Shown here one piece after another: positions 44,347 to 55,096 of a DNA stretch of 64,000 nucleotides. A program made the translations under genes and the position numbers. Position 1 is the stretch's first letter; each line of letters opens with the position of its first letter. Location of the stretch: positions 25,659 to 89,658 of IMG/VR virus record IMGVR_UViG_2873063797_000001. One strand, written 5' to 3'. The notes under the pieces are model-generated. The model was given only the letters and a program-made list of their open reading frames with translations, had not been told where the DNA came from and did not search any database. Source of the stretch: a virus. Lineage: Duplodnaviria > Caudoviricetes.

Positions 44347-46782
44347 TTATCTCCCTATGACTTGCCAGCTGACGCTCGTGGCGTTGGTGTCGGTTCGGGT
44401 CATCCATACGACCGCTGACGTTGCGGACACGGCAGACATGGAAACTCCGGTGACGCGAGTTCCGGGGACTGTGGTGGCTGAGCAGGCGAACCCGTCGAAG
44501 GTCGTGCCCTTGAGTTGGGCGTAGGTGACGGTGGTACTGGTGGGCGTATTCGCCGCTGATGGTGTGATGGTGACGCGGCCAACGGCCTGATTTCCGGTCG
44601 TCAGCATTCCGGAGACGGTGGTGTTGCCGTCCTTGTCGACGGTGAACCGGTTCGCTGAGTCCCGGAAGAGGCGCAACAGGTAGCCGGTGTGGGCAACCCC
44701 AGCTTCCACGTACAGGGCGCTGAAGGAGCTGGCGGGTGCGGAGACGGCCAGGCGGCCATTGCCGACGGTCGCCAGGTTCGGCTCCGCGATGAAGGTGGTG
44801 GTTTCGGCGGGCGTGTCTTCGTTGACGTAGCCGAAGTTGGCCAAGGCTCCGTTCATGAAGATCCGTCCGCCGATGCGGCGGGCGGACGGGGTGGCGTCTG
44901 CGGCGAGACGTTCGATGACTGCCGCGTCGCGGGCCAGGACGGAACGCCACACCATCTGGTTGTAGCCGTTGGCGGAGAACGGGCCGGAGACCATCTCCAG
45001 GTTGGCGTCCCCGGTTACCGGCTCCGAGACGGCGACGTTCGCTGCCTTTGTGCCGGCCGCGTTGTACAGGAGGAGCGCCGGGTAGGTGAGGTTGGGGGCG
45101 AGCCACATCACGGCGCCGCTGGTGCCCTGTACGAGGAGTCCCCGGGCGGACAGTTCGTTGATTGCGACGTTGTCGTCGTTGTAGACGAGGACCTTGTTGG
45201 CGTCGGCCTCGTTGAGGGTGATCCGTTCGCCGGTCGCCTCGGTCTGGATGAGGGCGCCGGTGATGGTGGATCCGTTGATCTCACCGCCGGTGATGGTCTT
45301 ACCGGTGATGGCGTCCGCGTCGAGCTTGACGGCTGTGATGGCCCCGTCGGCGATGTTCACGGAGTTGACGACGCCGGTGGGGACGGTCTCCACGGCCACC
45401 AGGTCGACCTGCTGCACGCCGCCCGCTGTCGACCCGTACAGCAGACGGATCAGGGGCCGGATGTAGCGGACGCCGGCGTGGGCCAGGCCCGGCGTCTTCG
45501 GGTCGGGACGCGGCGTGTTCGTGCCGTTCACGCCTACCGCGGCGTGGCCTCGGAGGTAGCCGGTGATCGTCGTCCATGCGGTGCCTACGGCGATCGTCTG
45601 GTTGCTGGCCACCACGTAGTGCTGAAGCGCCACGTCGTTCGCGCCTGTGACATTGACGCGCGTCGTGCCGTCCGCGGCGATACCTGCCAGGCCCAGGTAG
45701 ACGGTGGGCGTTCCGGTGGTCGGGGCGACCGTGGTGCGCACCCGGACCGTGACCTTGTAGAGGGCATCCGGGTCGAAGGGGATGTTCTGCCGGTGCTCCA
45801 GGGCGGTGCGGCCGGTCACCTCGAAGACGGTGCCGCCGGTGCCCGCGTCGGTGACGCCGGTGAGGACCTGCCACGTGCCCGAGTCCGCGACCTGCTGCCA
45901 CGCGGTGGCATCGGCCATGGAGTCGGTGAGCTTCTGCCCGATGGACTGGGCGATGCCAACGGTGAGGGCGTTGGTGGTGACGGCCCCGGCGGCGATCTTC
46001 CCTGCGGTGACGGCGTTCGCGGCGAGAACGTCTGCCGTTACTGCGAGGGCGGCCAGCTTCAGGGTGGTCACCGACCCTGCCGCGAGCTTGTCGGTGTTCA
46101 CCGCTCCGGCGTCGATCTGAGCCGTCTGTACAGCCCCTGTCACGATCTTCGGGGTGGTGATCGCATTGTCGGTGATCTCGGTGGTGCCGATGGCGCCGGC
46201 GGCGACCTTCGCCTGCGTGACCGCATCATCGGCGAGCTTCACGGTAGTGACGATGCCGTCGAGGATGTCCGTGGCGACGACCGGCGACGGGCCGAGCGGC
46301 CCCGCCTGCGCCGTCGGCTCCGAGGCGGTCCCGGAGGTGTTCCGGGCGATCAGCCGCACATACACGGGCTCGTCACAGGCGACGACGACCGTGCCGCCCT
46401 GCGGAGTCTCGAACGTGCTCTTCAGCGTCTCCAGGCTGGCGATAAAGCCGTCCTCGGTGGAGGCGTGGACTTCGACGCGCTGCCAGTCCAGCGGCGGCAC
46501 CGCGCCATCGGCGAAAGTCCCGTTCCAGGAGACGGTGATCCCGCCGAGGACGGAGCCGAGGATCGGCGCGGCCGGCACGGGTGGCGGGGGCCCGTTGACG
46601 ATGTTCACGGCGGTCGTGCCGTCGCTCTGCACGCCGAGGATCGCGCGGAGGCTGCCGTCGCCGTCCCTCACCTGGAGGGCGTTGTTCTCGATGCTGCCGC
46701 CGTGTGCGTACCGCTGCCCCTTCTCGATGTTCTTGATGCGCTGGTCGAGTCGGGCGAGTTCCGTTGCGAAGTCTCGGGCCAT
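44347..46782 (-). CDS. large minor tail/receptor-binding protein
   Basis: Fn3-like segment, repeated IT..KL.A.AVT units and beta-rich domains; GGAGG RBS at MARDF. Confidence 0.8.
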   Translation of the reverse strand: MARDFATELARLDQRIKNIEKGQRYAHGGSIENNALQVRDGDGSLRAILGVQSDGTTAVNIVNGPPPPVPAAPILGSVLGGITVSWNGTFADGAVPPLDWQRVEVHASTEDGFIASLETLKSTFETPQGGTVVVACDEPVYVRLIARNTSGTASEPTAQAGPLGPSPVVATDILDGIVTTVKLADDAVTQAKVAAGAIGTTEITDNAITTPKIVTGAVQTAQIDAGAVNTDKLAAGSVTTLKLAALAVTADVLAANAVTAGKIAAGAVTTNALTVGIAQSIGQKLTDSMADATAWQQVADSGTWQVLTGVTDAGTGGTVFEVTGRTALEHRQNIPFDPDALYKVTVRVRTTVAPTTGTPTVYLGLAGIAADGTTRVNVTGANDVALQHYVVASNQTIAVGTAWTTITGYLRGHAAVGVNGTNTPRPDPKTPGLAHAGVRYIRPLIRLLYGSTAGGVQQVDLVAVETVPTGVVNSVNIADGAITAVKLDADAITGKTITGGEINGSTITGALIQTEATGERITLNEADANKVLVYNDDNVAINELSARGLLVQGTSGAVMWLAPNLTYPALLLYNAAGTKAANVAVSEPVTGDANLEMVSGPFSANGYNQMVWRSVLARDAAVIERLAADATPSARRIGGRIFMNGALANFGYVNEDTPAETTTFIAEPNLATVGNGRLAVSAPASSFSALYVEAGVAHTGYLLRLFRDSANRFTVDKDGNTTVSGMLTTGNQAVGRVTITPSAANTPTSTTVTYAQLKGTTFDGFACSATTVPGTRVTGVSMSAVSATSAVVWMTRTDTNATSVSWQVIGR

Positions 46783-46784
46783 CG

Positions 46785-47879
46785 TTACGCCTCCGCGGGG
46801 CCATAGTGGAAGGAATCGGCGCGCTTCAGGGTGAGCACCGCCTGATCTGGGCTTTCGGTAGGCCGGTAGGAGTCGGACAGGATCCGCGCCCAGCCCGACC
46901 ATCTGGTCCATTGGTTGTTGACGGTGACGTGGACGTCGTCGCCGATCTGCCACGACCCCAGGGGTGCGTTGGGGTGGTGTCGGACGGTGATGGATTCGAC
47001 CTGGCCCATGACCTTGCGGCGTTTCAGCTCTGCGGCCGCGCGCTTCCCCAGAACATCGGTGCCGTTGACGGTAGGCAGGGCCAGGAGGGACTCCATGCGC
47101 AGGCCTCCGTCGCGGGAGGGGGCTTCTGCCCGCTTGGTGGCGGTGCCTTCCCCGGAGCCGGTCGCGATGATGACGTTGGCGAAGTCGTCGCCGCTGTAGG
47201 TGACGGGCGGGGCGTCGATGATGTTCACGCCCGTCCGGAAGCTGATGTCGGTGCGGCGGGCCCCCAGCCGCGGGTAACCCAGCTTCAGACGCTTCTCCAC
47301 CAGGCCGTTCGTGAGGTATCGGCAGGTGTTCGTGTACTGCGGAGCGCCCTCCTCCGACACCAGATCGTCCAGGTGGTCGCCGAGATTCGGGTTCTCGTAC
47401 CAGTACGAGTGCCACAGCTCCGCGGGCGTGCCCACCGTGATCTGCGAAGTGGTCGAGTCGACAACGACGCCGAGGTTGCCGTCGGGCTGCTCCTGCGCAT
47501 ACGCCCACACGTCGCGGATGATTTTGCACGGGTCCGTGTACACGTAAGGGCCACGGGCCTTGAGCTCGCCGTGGGTGTCGTGGCGCTTCGTCAGATACGA
47601 CGACCAGCCGGCCGCCTCAATCTGGCACTCGCCGTCCTGCGCGGTGATGTCCCAGATCAGGCCACCCCATCGGAGGTACCCGTCAGCCTCCGCGTAGATG
47701 ACCGCCTTGCCGGGTATGAGCGAGGCCACGTTGGCTTTCACGAACCGCGGGGAGAGCGTGCCGCGCAGCTCCCCGGGGCCGTTCAACTCGTTGCCGAACT
47801 CGGCTTTCGCGAGGGGCAGGGCAGGGTGGAGCTGCACGCCGGTCAGAGCGTGCTGTGTCCAGAACCGCCAGTGGCTCAT
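46785..47879 (-). CDS. minor tail protein (baseplate hub-like)
   Basis: ELNGPGEL...RWGG.IW...AAGWSSY; position after Dit. Confidence 0.8.
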   Translation of the reverse strand: MSHWRFWTQHALTGVQLHPALPLAKAEFGNELNGPGELRGTLSPRFVKANVASLIPGKAVIYAEADGYLRWGGLIWDITAQDGECQIEAAGWSSYLTKRHDTHGELKARGPYVYTDPCKIIRDVWAYAQEQPDGNLGVVVDSTTSQITVGTPAELWHSYWYENPNLGDHLDDLVSEEGAPQYTNTCRYLTNGLVEKRLKLGYPRLGARRTDISFRTGVNIIDAPPVTYSGDDFANVIIATGSGEGTATKRAEAPSRDGGLRMESLLALPTVNGTDVLGKRAAAELKRRKVMGQVESITVRHHPNAPLGSWQIGDDVHVTVNNQWTRWSGWARILSDSYRPTESPDQAVLTLKRADSFHYGPAEA

Positions 47880-48829
47880 CAGAGCGCGGCTTCTTCGAAT
47901 TCGACGTCTGCGATGAACGTCGTTGCGATGTCGACGCCGATGTTGCCCTGATTGTTGGACGCGGTCCGCATCCGCGACTTCAGGATGATGTTGGTGCCGC
48001 GCATTGCCGCGCCCAGAGTGTCTGTGAGAGACATGGTGTCCGCGTTTACGAGCGTGATACGTCGCACTCCGGCGTTCTGGTTGTCGTCGATGTGGACGTC
48101 CTGCGCGGCTTGCTTGGCCCCAAAGGTGAAGGTCAGACCGCCGACGACATTGGCGTTGGTGAGACGTAGTCCTGCCACGGTGAAGACGACTTTCACACGG
48201 CCAGCCCACGCGGGTACGGCAATCTGCCAGTTCGCGGTGGTTGGGAAATCCTTCCACGTGGTGCTTGTTCCGGTGAGTTCGACGAGGCTTCCGGAATAGA
48301 AGTGCTGGTACAGGGAGCGTTCACGGCGCGGGTTGGCGACCTTCCGCAGATCCTTGATCATGGTGTTGGTGATGGTGGCCGTGGAAGCCGGGATGTCGAT
48401 CCGGGCCAGCGGGATCGCCGAGTAGCCGGCCGGGACCGTGGTCGCGCTGGAGGACACGTTGGGGATGACCTCGAAGAACACGATCGGGTCCACCGCCGGG
48501 TCGCGGGTGCCCTCGTACTCGGGGTCCTCGACCCGCAGCACCAGCATGTCGGAGCGGCCCGTGCCGCCCGTCGCGGATATATCTACGGTGTCGGCGCCGA
48601 TGTTGTAGGCGTTGTAGTAGCCCTGAACGGGGCTGACCTTCCCGGCGATGACCGCGGACCCGTCACCGATCTGCACGCCCGCGCCGGGCGTCGACAGGGC
48701 CGTCACCTTGAGGTCGCTGCCGGTGGTGACGCCCTGGTTGTCCCGCGCCAGGTCTTTGATCATCATGCGGAACTGCTGCGCGGAGTGCTCCGCCCCGAGC
48801 GTCGCGATGGGGACAGGTACGAGTGCCAT
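47879..48829 (-). CDS. minor tail protein
   Basis: R.D..VLRVEDP...IPLARIDIPA motif; tail module position. Confidence 0.8.
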   Translation of the reverse strand: MALVPVPIATLGAEHSAQQFRMMIKDLARDNQGVTTGSDLKVTALSTPGAGVQIGDGSAVIAGKVSPVQGYYNAYNIGADTVDISATGGTGRSDMLVLRVEDPEYEGTRDPAVDPIVFFEVIPNVSSSATTVPAGYSAIPLARIDIPASTATITNTMIKDLRKVANPRRERSLYQHFYSGSLVELTGTSTTWKDFPTTANWQIAVPAWAGRVKVVFTVAGLRLTNANVVGGLTFTFGAKQAAQDVHIDDNQNAGVRRITLVNADTMSLTDTLGAAMRGTNIILKSRMRTASNNQGNIGVDIATTFIADVEFEEAAL

Positions 48830-48836
48830 CAGTGCC

Positions 48837-49730
48837 TCACAGGGCCTTGTACGCCGGCCACCAGGTGACGGCGAGAGAGCTGGTCAGGGTGGGGTCGGTC
48901 GCGTTCCAGTGGATTTCGTTCAGGCCCGGGTCGAGACGGAACTGGTCGATGCGGGACTGCGCCGTGAGGGGCATGCCGCCGCCGTTGTTGCGGAGGACGG
49001 TCCGCCAGCCGGGCCGGGTGTCGATCTCCACCCACTCCCCCGCGAGGAGAGAGCCCTGCACGGTCAGCGTCCTGCCCGTCCCGACATGCTTGATCGTGGG
49101 GTTGGCGCACGGCCCGGTGATCCGCAGCACCGGCCATGTCGGCGCCGTGCCCGCGGTGTCAATGAACCCGGGCCGGCCCACCGCGCCCGCCGTGTACTCG
49201 ATCGTGAACGGGAACACCAAGGGGAACGTCAGGCCGCCCTGGGTGAGGCCGCCGAGGGGCATGGACGTGGTCTGCTGCTCGTCGTAGAACAGGCTGTCCT
49301 GGCCGGTGAACTCGATGTCCAGGGGGATCCAGCCGTGGATGGCCTTGGTGAGGTCGGCGTCCAGGGTGCGGATACGGCCGCGGACGATCCGGGCCGGGCG
49401 GCCGGGGAACTTCAGGCGGAGGTCGGTGGTGGCGCCACCGGCAAGCCGGACGGCCTCGTCGTCGGCGGCGTCCTGGAGCTCGGCGTGAACGGCGAGCGCA
49501 CCGGCCTCATCGCCCGGAACCTTGATGCCGGCGTCGATCCGAATCGTCCGCCCGGCAAAATAGTCGGGGCCCAGCCACAGCCCGTCCTCGCCCGGCGGCT
49601 CCACGTCCGCGGTGCGCTGCGGCGCCCGCCCGAGCCCTTCGATCGCCGCGATGACCACGGGCGTGCCCTTGCCGATGAGGACGCCGGCTAGCTCGTGCTG
49701 GCCGTCGATCAGCTCCACAGGTGTACTCAT
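48837..49730 (-). CDS. distal tail protein (Dit-like)
   Basis: First gene after the tape measure; WPVLRITGPC.NP. Confidence 0.8.
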   Translation of the reverse strand: MSTPVELIDGQHELAGVLIGKGTPVVIAAIEGLGRAPQRTADVEPPGEDGLWLGPDYFAGRTIRIDAGIKVPGDEAGALAVHAELQDAADDEAVRLAGGATTDLRLKFPGRPARIVRGRIRTLDADLTKAIHGWIPLDIEFTGQDSLFYDEQQTTSMPLGGLTQGGLTFPLVFPFTIEYTAGAVGRPGFIDTAGTAPTWPVLRITGPCANPTIKHVGTGRTLTVQGSLLAGEWVEIDTRPGWRTVLRNNGGGMPLTAQSRIDQFRLDPGLNEIHWNATDPTLTSSLAVTWWPAYKAL

Positions 49731-52700
49731 CCGCGTGCCCCCACTCCTCCGCGGGCGAGGCGCCGCAGCTGGTATCCCTGCCGTGTTTCGATCGTGCGGG
49801 CCAGGTCCCGGTCGGACTGGCGGTCGCCGATGTGGAAGTGGGACTCGCCAACAAGGGGGCCCTGCTCACGGATGACGACGACCCGGCCGGCCTGCCCGTC
49901 CGTGAGGCCGAGACCGAACCTGCTGGCGACGTCGCCGAGGACCCTTGTGGCGGAGCCCCGCTTGTTCTGCCCGAGGGGGATGTAGGCCTCGCCTCGAGTG
50001 GAGGGCTCCGCGAAGCGCACGATGCCGCCCTGGGTGGCGTACAGGCCCGCCCGAATGCCGCCGTTCTCGTACGCCTGACCCTTGTTCGCCTTGATCAGGT
50101 CGGAGAGGAACCGGGCAGCCTTACCGCCCAGGAGCTGATGCAGGCGAGTCTTCGACTTGTTGCCGACCTCGATGATCTCGTCCTCACCCAGGCCGGTCTT
50201 GTCCGCGACCTGGTGGATACCGACGTTCTTGTTGGTGATCGCGGCGATGATCTCGATGAGCTTGCTCATCTCATCTGGGGTGAGCTGCGCTTTCGCCTGC
50301 TTGACCTCGTCGTTGGCCTTCTTCGCCTTCGACGGGCTCTTCGCGGCCTCCGCGGCGAGCTCCATCGACGCCTGGTCGCCCTTGCCCGCGAGATGGGAGG
50401 CGAGGTCGCCGTAGCCCATCGCGGCCAGCTTCGCGAGGTTGTCCTGGAAGATCCGGTTGCTGCCGGTGGCGTGGTCGAGCTGCTCGGTGAAGTCGGACAG
50501 CTGGGCGCGGGCTTCCTGCATCATCCGCCGCAGCGCGATCGACATGGAGGCGACGTACTTGTCGGTGCCCTTGGCCATCTTCGCGGCGAGCGCCATACCC
50601 TCATCGCCCATGGAGGCGAGAGCGCGGGCCACGTCACCGCCGGCCCGGTCGGCGACCTTCTCCAGGTTCCGGTTCCAGGCGACGGTGGCCTCGCCCATCT
50701 TCCAGAGTTTCTTCTCCACCGCGGCGAGGTCGAAGTACTCGACTTCCTTGCCCTTGACCTTCTTCGTCTTCTTCCCGGCCGCGATGGCGTCGGACGGCGA
50801 GTACAGGGACCCGGAGACCGGGTCGTACTGCCAGTTGGAGATGCCGCCTTCGGCGTACCAGTCGATGCTGCGCGGGTCTCCGCCCAACCGGGACACGATC
50901 TCCTCGGTGATCCGTCGGGACCGAGGGCGCGCTGACCGTCGGAAAGGCACATACCCCTCGCCCTGAGTCTCCCGCTCACCCCACACCCGGTACGAGCCGG
51001 CCGGGGCGATCTGCGCCTGGTGCTGGTCGGGGCGGTCGTCACTGCCGTTGGCGAAGAACGACACGTTGCCCGCCCGGATGCCGCCCTTGGCGTAGTAGTC
51101 AACGATCCCGCCCTGGGCGTAGCCGTTCATCTTGGCGTTGTTCCGGCCGACGGTCCCCTCGATACCGATGGTCCGGTAGCGGGCGGTGATGGTGACCTGC
51201 TTGGACTTCACCGCAGCGATCGCGGCCGCAGCGGCTCGGGCGGCCTGGGATGCGGCGTCCCGGGCAGAGATGGTGATCGTCTTGTTCTTCAGGGCGTCCC
51301 GTGCGGCCTGAACGGCGGCGAGGCGTTCCTTGGCCGTGGCGGTGTTGGCCGTCACCGTGAACTTGCCGTTGGGTAGCCGTGTGACGGTGAAACCAAGCTC
51401 CTCGAGGAGCGCGACCGCGTCCGACGTGAGCGCGTTGACCGTGACACTCTTCGACCCGGGCGTCCTCTTGATCGCGGAGATCACCGATTCGAGGCCGACG
51501 ATCGCGTCCTCGGTGCGCATCTCGAACGTCGTCGTCTTCGAGTCCGGGATCTTCAAATATGAGGAGGCGAGCGCTTCGGCCTGGGCCTTCGACAGGCCCA
51601 TCGCGGAGGCCGCATCGACGAATGCCGCCTTGCCACGTTCCTGAATGCCAGTGACGTACTCCCAGGACCGGCCCTGCTCCCGGGCCGCTGTCGCGGCCGC
51701 GTCGGTGTTCGCGGCGAGTGCGCTCAGGACTTCCTCGGCGTCCCGGGCCTTCTGCGAGCCGAGGTCGAGTTCCCCGTCCCGCATTCTCAGGGCGCTGCCG
51801 TGTTCCTTGGCCGCGGCGGTCGCGTCGTCGATGGACTGCTCGAACGCCGACATCGCGGACCCGGCGGCCCGGTTGACGTCGTTCAGGGCGACGATGGCCT
51901 GCCGCAGGCCGTCGGCGCTGGCCTTCTGCGCTTCCAGCTTCGAGGCGGTCTGCTGGGCCGCTTCACCGAAGATGCCCTGGGACTGGGCGGCCATCTCCTG
52001 TTCGAACTTGTGGTCGGCGAGAGCGTTGGTGTAGCCGGTGGTGGCCTCCTTCAGCTCCCCCATGTCGCCGCCGGCGGTCTTCCACAGCTTCACCAGCAGG
52101 TCGTACTGCTCCTTGGCCTGCTTGAGGTTCCCGGACTTGACGAGGTTGGCCATCGACTGGTCCCACGCGTCGATGTTCTTCTTCGCCGTGGAGATACCGG
52201 GCCCCTCGGCGATACCCACCCACGTCCCGAAGTCGGACGTCCATTGGGCGAGCTTGTTGTCGGAGGCGCCCTTGGACACCATCGCGATGGACGCGGCCAT
52301 CTCGTCCAGGTTCGTGCTCAGGACGCCGGTGGTCTTCCCCGTGGAGATCAGGGTGTTCAGGCTGGTGGACAGCTCGTCGACCTGGACGGCGGGTTTGTTG
52401 TCGGACAGCTCGTGCAGGGCGAAGACGATCGCGGCGATACCGGCGGCGGCCGCACCGAACCGGGCTCCGGCCGACAGGGAGGCGACCGCGGCCCGGAAGC
52501 CTGCGATGCCTCCACCGGCGGCGGCGGACGTGGCGCCGAGTGTCGCGATCGACGTGGACAGGCGGCCCACCGCACCGGACACCGCGGCGGCACCGAGCCC
52601 GGCAAGCTGGATCAACTTCAGGCCCGCCGCGACCTGGAGGAGGATCCCCACGAGTTCCGGCGGAAGCGCCGCTACCAGGTTGGCGACGGCGGTGACGAGG

Positions 52701-54097
52701 GTGAGCATCGACGGTCCGGCCTCGGCCGCTCCCGCTGCCAGGGTGCTGATCGCGTCACCGATCGCGTCGATCGCCGCACGGGCTTCGGGCCCGTTCTCAC
52801 GGGCGTAGTCGAGGATCTGACCGAGAGCACCATCAGTGGAGCCGCCCTCGGACACGACACGCAGCAGGTGGATGACCTGGTCGGTGAAGGAATCGAGGCT
52901 GGAGTCGGTGAGAGCCGCGACCTTGTCCGACAGGGCATCGAAGCCCGGGGTACTGATGGCGCCGCCGGCGACGTCCAGCAGCCGGTCCATCGACCCGGAG
53001 AACGACTCCACCTGCGGGCTGAGGTGGGGCAGCAGCTCCTGGAGGATGGCGAAGCTCTTGGTGACGGGCTCCATGGTGAAGGCGGCCATGTCGTCCGACC
53101 AGTCACCGAACTGGGTCTTCAGGTTCGACAGGGCGGCCGCGGCCTTCTGTGTCTCCGGGGGCAGGGCGGCGATCTGCCGCTGGTAGGCGAGCTGCGCCTC
53201 GGCCGCTTCGGCGGAGGCGGCACCGTGGTCACGGACGGCGTCCTTGTACGCCTTCTCCGCTTCGGCGGCTTCCTTCAGCGGGCCGATCTGCCCGGCCAAC
53301 GCGACGCCGAACGCGGTCGCTGCGCCTCCGGTGGCGGTGAGGATCCCGGCCAGCGGTGCGAGGGTGGCGGCCAGGCCCGCGATGAGGGGGATCGCGGCGG
53401 TTGCGATGGGCAGCAGTCCGGCGAGGCCGAAGTTCGCTCCTCCACCCGATCCGCCGCCGATGCTGGAGCCGAGACCGCGGAGGGCGCTGGTGTCGGGGGT
53501 GACGCGGACGGTGATGGTCTGCGACATGGACGCCCACCGCACGGCGTCGGAGACGTCCCGGCGCAGCTGCATCGGGTCGCGGAGACCGATGGGAATCTCG
53601 ATGCGGTGCCCCCATGCCGCCCACCGGACGGCGTCCTCGACTTCCCGCCTGAGCTGCATGGCGTTGCCGAGGCGCAGGTTCACGGCGAGGCCCTGGCCGG
53701 CGCCTGCTGTGGTCAGGGCGGACGTGACTTCGCTGCGGAGGTGGTCGGCGTCCAGGTCCAGCCGAATGCGGATGCTCTGCCCGTCGCCTGCCCTCGTAAG
53801 GGCCGCGTTGACGTCGTCGCGGAGATGAGCAGCGTCGATGTCGAGGCGGACGCCGAGACCCTGCCCGGATCCCGCTGCGCTGAGCGCATCAGTGACATCG
53901 GAGCGGAGGTGCGCTGCGTCAACGTCCAGCCGGACGGTGATGTCGTCTGCTGCAGCGGCCCGCAGGAGGGCGAGTTCTTGGCGGGCTTCCTTGATGCGGC
54001 GCTTGAGCTTGCGGGCCTCCTTCGCACTATCGCGGAGGGTCGATGCCAGGTCGGAGCCCTGACCGGTCAGCCGGACACTGAGATTCCACTCGGACAC
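49727..54097 (-). CDS. tape measure protein
   Basis: 1456-aa Ala-rich helical protein with two GG...F.E..T.GE.Y.P motifs near the C-terminus. Confidence 0.92.
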   Translation of the reverse strand: MSEWNLSVRLTGQGSDLASTLRDSAKEARKLKRRIKEARQELALLRAAAADDITVRLDVDAAHLRSDVTDALSAAGSGQGLGVRLDIDAAHLRDDVNAALTRAGDGQSIRIRLDLDADHLRSEVTSALTTAGAGQGLAVNLRLGNAMQLRREVEDAVRWAAWGHRIEIPIGLRDPMQLRRDVSDAVRWASMSQTITVRVTPDTSALRGLGSSIGGGSGGGANFGLAGLLPIATAAIPLIAGLAATLAPLAGILTATGGAATAFGVALAGQIGPLKEAAEAEKAYKDAVRDHGAASAEAAEAQLAYQRQIAALPPETQKAAAALSNLKTQFGDWSDDMAAFTMEPVTKSFAILQELLPHLSPQVESFSGSMDRLLDVAGGAISTPGFDALSDKVAALTDSSLDSFTDQVIHLLRVVSEGGSTDGALGQILDYARENGPEARAAIDAIGDAISTLAAGAAEAGPSMLTLVTAVANLVAALPPELVGILLQVAAGLKLIQLAGLGAAAVSGAVGRLSTSIATLGATSAAAGGGIAGFRAAVASLSAGARFGAAAAGIAAIVFALHELSDNKPAVQVDELSTSLNTLISTGKTTGVLSTNLDEMAASIAMVSKGASDNKLAQWTSDFGTWVGIAEGPGISTAKKNIDAWDQSMANLVKSGNLKQAKEQYDLLVKLWKTAGGDMGELKEATTGYTNALADHKFEQEMAAQSQGIFGEAAQQTASKLEAQKASADGLRQAIVALNDVNRAAGSAMSAFEQSIDDATAAAKEHGSALRMRDGELDLGSQKARDAEEVLSALAANTDAAATAAREQGRSWEYVTGIQERGKAAFVDAASAMGLSKAQAEALASSYLKIPDSKTTTFEMRTEDAIVGLESVISAIKRTPGSKSVTVNALTSDAVALLEELGFTVTRLPNGKFTVTANTATAKERLAAVQAARDALKNKTITISARDAASQAARAAAAAIAAVKSKQVTITARYRTIGIEGTVGRNNAKMNGYAQGGIVDYYAKGGIRAGNVSFFANGSDDRPDQHQAQIAPAGSYRVWGERETQGEGYVPFRRSARPRSRRITEEIVSRLGGDPRSIDWYAEGGISNWQYDPVSGSLYSPSDAIAAGKKTKKVKGKEVEYFDLAAVEKKLWKMGEATVAWNRNLEKVADRAGGDVARALASMGDEGMALAAKMAKGTDKYVASMSIALRRMMQEARAQLSDFTEQLDHATGSNRIFQDNLAKLAAMGYGDLASHLAGKGDQASMELAAEAAKSPSKAKKANDEVKQAKAQLTPDEMSKLIEIIAAITNKNVGIHQVADKTGLGEDEIIEVGNKSKTRLHQLLGGKAARFLSDLIKANKGQAYENGGIRAGLYATQGGIVRFAEPSTRGEAYIPLGQNKRGSATRVLGDVASRFGLGLTDGQAGRVVVIREQGPLVGESHFHIGDRQSDRDLARTIETRQGYQLRRLARGGVGARG

Positions 54098-54112
54098 GGC
54101 GGGCTCCTTCCT

Positions 54113-54490
54113 CTAGTGCTGGTGGGACTGCTGGAATGCGAGGGCTGCGTGGACGCTGGTGGGGATGAGGGCGACCTTCACGCCGTGCCCCTCATCGCCG
54201 TCGGGGACTTCCTTCTGCCGGTCCTGGAGGAGCTGGCAGCCGATGCAGCGGTGGGTGGTGGCCCGGTAGGCGTCCTCGTCGCCGCCGGCGTCCTCGTCCC
54301 ACTCCTCGGGGCGGGTGCCGCAGGTCGGGCAGACCTGCCGGAGGTAGTGCTCGTAGGCGCGGGCTTTGCGGCGGTCGAGGTCCGACCAGGTGCCGTCTCC
54401 GTGACCGCGGTAGAAGCTGTGCGGGATGCGGTACTGGCGGCACAGCTCCATCTCGGCACGGAAATCCGGGGCATCGATCAGCCTTTTCCC
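54113..54490 (-). CDS. tail assembly chaperone, -1 frameshift extension (gpGT-like)
   Basis: Open -1 frame from the slippery GGGAAAA (54490-54484) to the stop at 54113. Confidence 0.75.
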   Translation of the reverse strand, partial: GKRLIDAPDFRAEMELCRQYRIPHSFYRGHGDGTWSDLDRRKARAYEHYLRQVCPTCGTRPEEWDEDAGGDEDAYRATTHRCIGCQLLQDRQKEVPDGDEGHGVKVALIPTSVHAALAFQQSHQH

Positions 54491-55002
54491 AGGTCGGTCC
54501 GCTGCTGGTGCTGGATCCCCCAGGCGGCCCGCCACAGGGCGGTCGCGTCGGCGGACGACCACGACTCCAGGCAGTGCTGGGCGTACTCGACCGGCATGCC
54601 GTCCAGGGACGCGGCGGAGATCAGGGCGGGGGCGAAGGTGTCCAGCAGGAAGTCCTCGCCGTCGGCTTCGCCCTGCTCCGTCGGCGGGTGCGCCTTCTGG
54701 AGGTCCTCCAGGGCCTTCCGCTCCAATGCCGTGAACTTGAGCGTCACGGACGCCTTGTCGAATGCCTTCTGTGCCGCGGCCAGGTCCGTCTTCGCTGTGT
54801 CGGCGTCCCGCTGCACCAGCGCTTTGACGTCGGGGTCGGCGTCGTCGGCGAGCGCGTTGAGGCGGTCGGTGGCCTGCTGGTTGGCGGCCTTGGCGCGGAG
54901 GAGCTGCTGGCGCAGGTCGGGGTCTTCGCAGATGGTGAACGTGGCGGTGGGCAGCTTGATGCTGTCGAGGCGCTTCTGGAGGGCGTCCCAGCTGCTGGTC
55001 AT
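54478..55002 (-). CDS. tail assembly chaperone (gpG-like)
   Basis: Between major tail and tape measure; ends LGKG over GGGAAAA. Confidence 0.85.
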   Translation of the reverse strand: MTSSWDALQKRLDSIKLPTATFTICEDPDLRQQLLRAKAANQQATDRLNALADDADPDVKALVQRDADTAKTDLAAAQKAFDKASVTLKFTALERKALEDLQKAHPPTEQGEADGEDFLLDTFAPALISAASLDGMPVEYAQHCLESWSSADATALWRAAWGIQHQQRTDLGKG

Positions 55003-55096
55003 GTGGCGGGTCTCCTGTGGGAAGGCCCGGCCGGGCGCGCGGCGCCCTTCCCGAGTACGTCGGGCCCGGCCGGGGGATTGTGGGGTGCGGCCGGGA

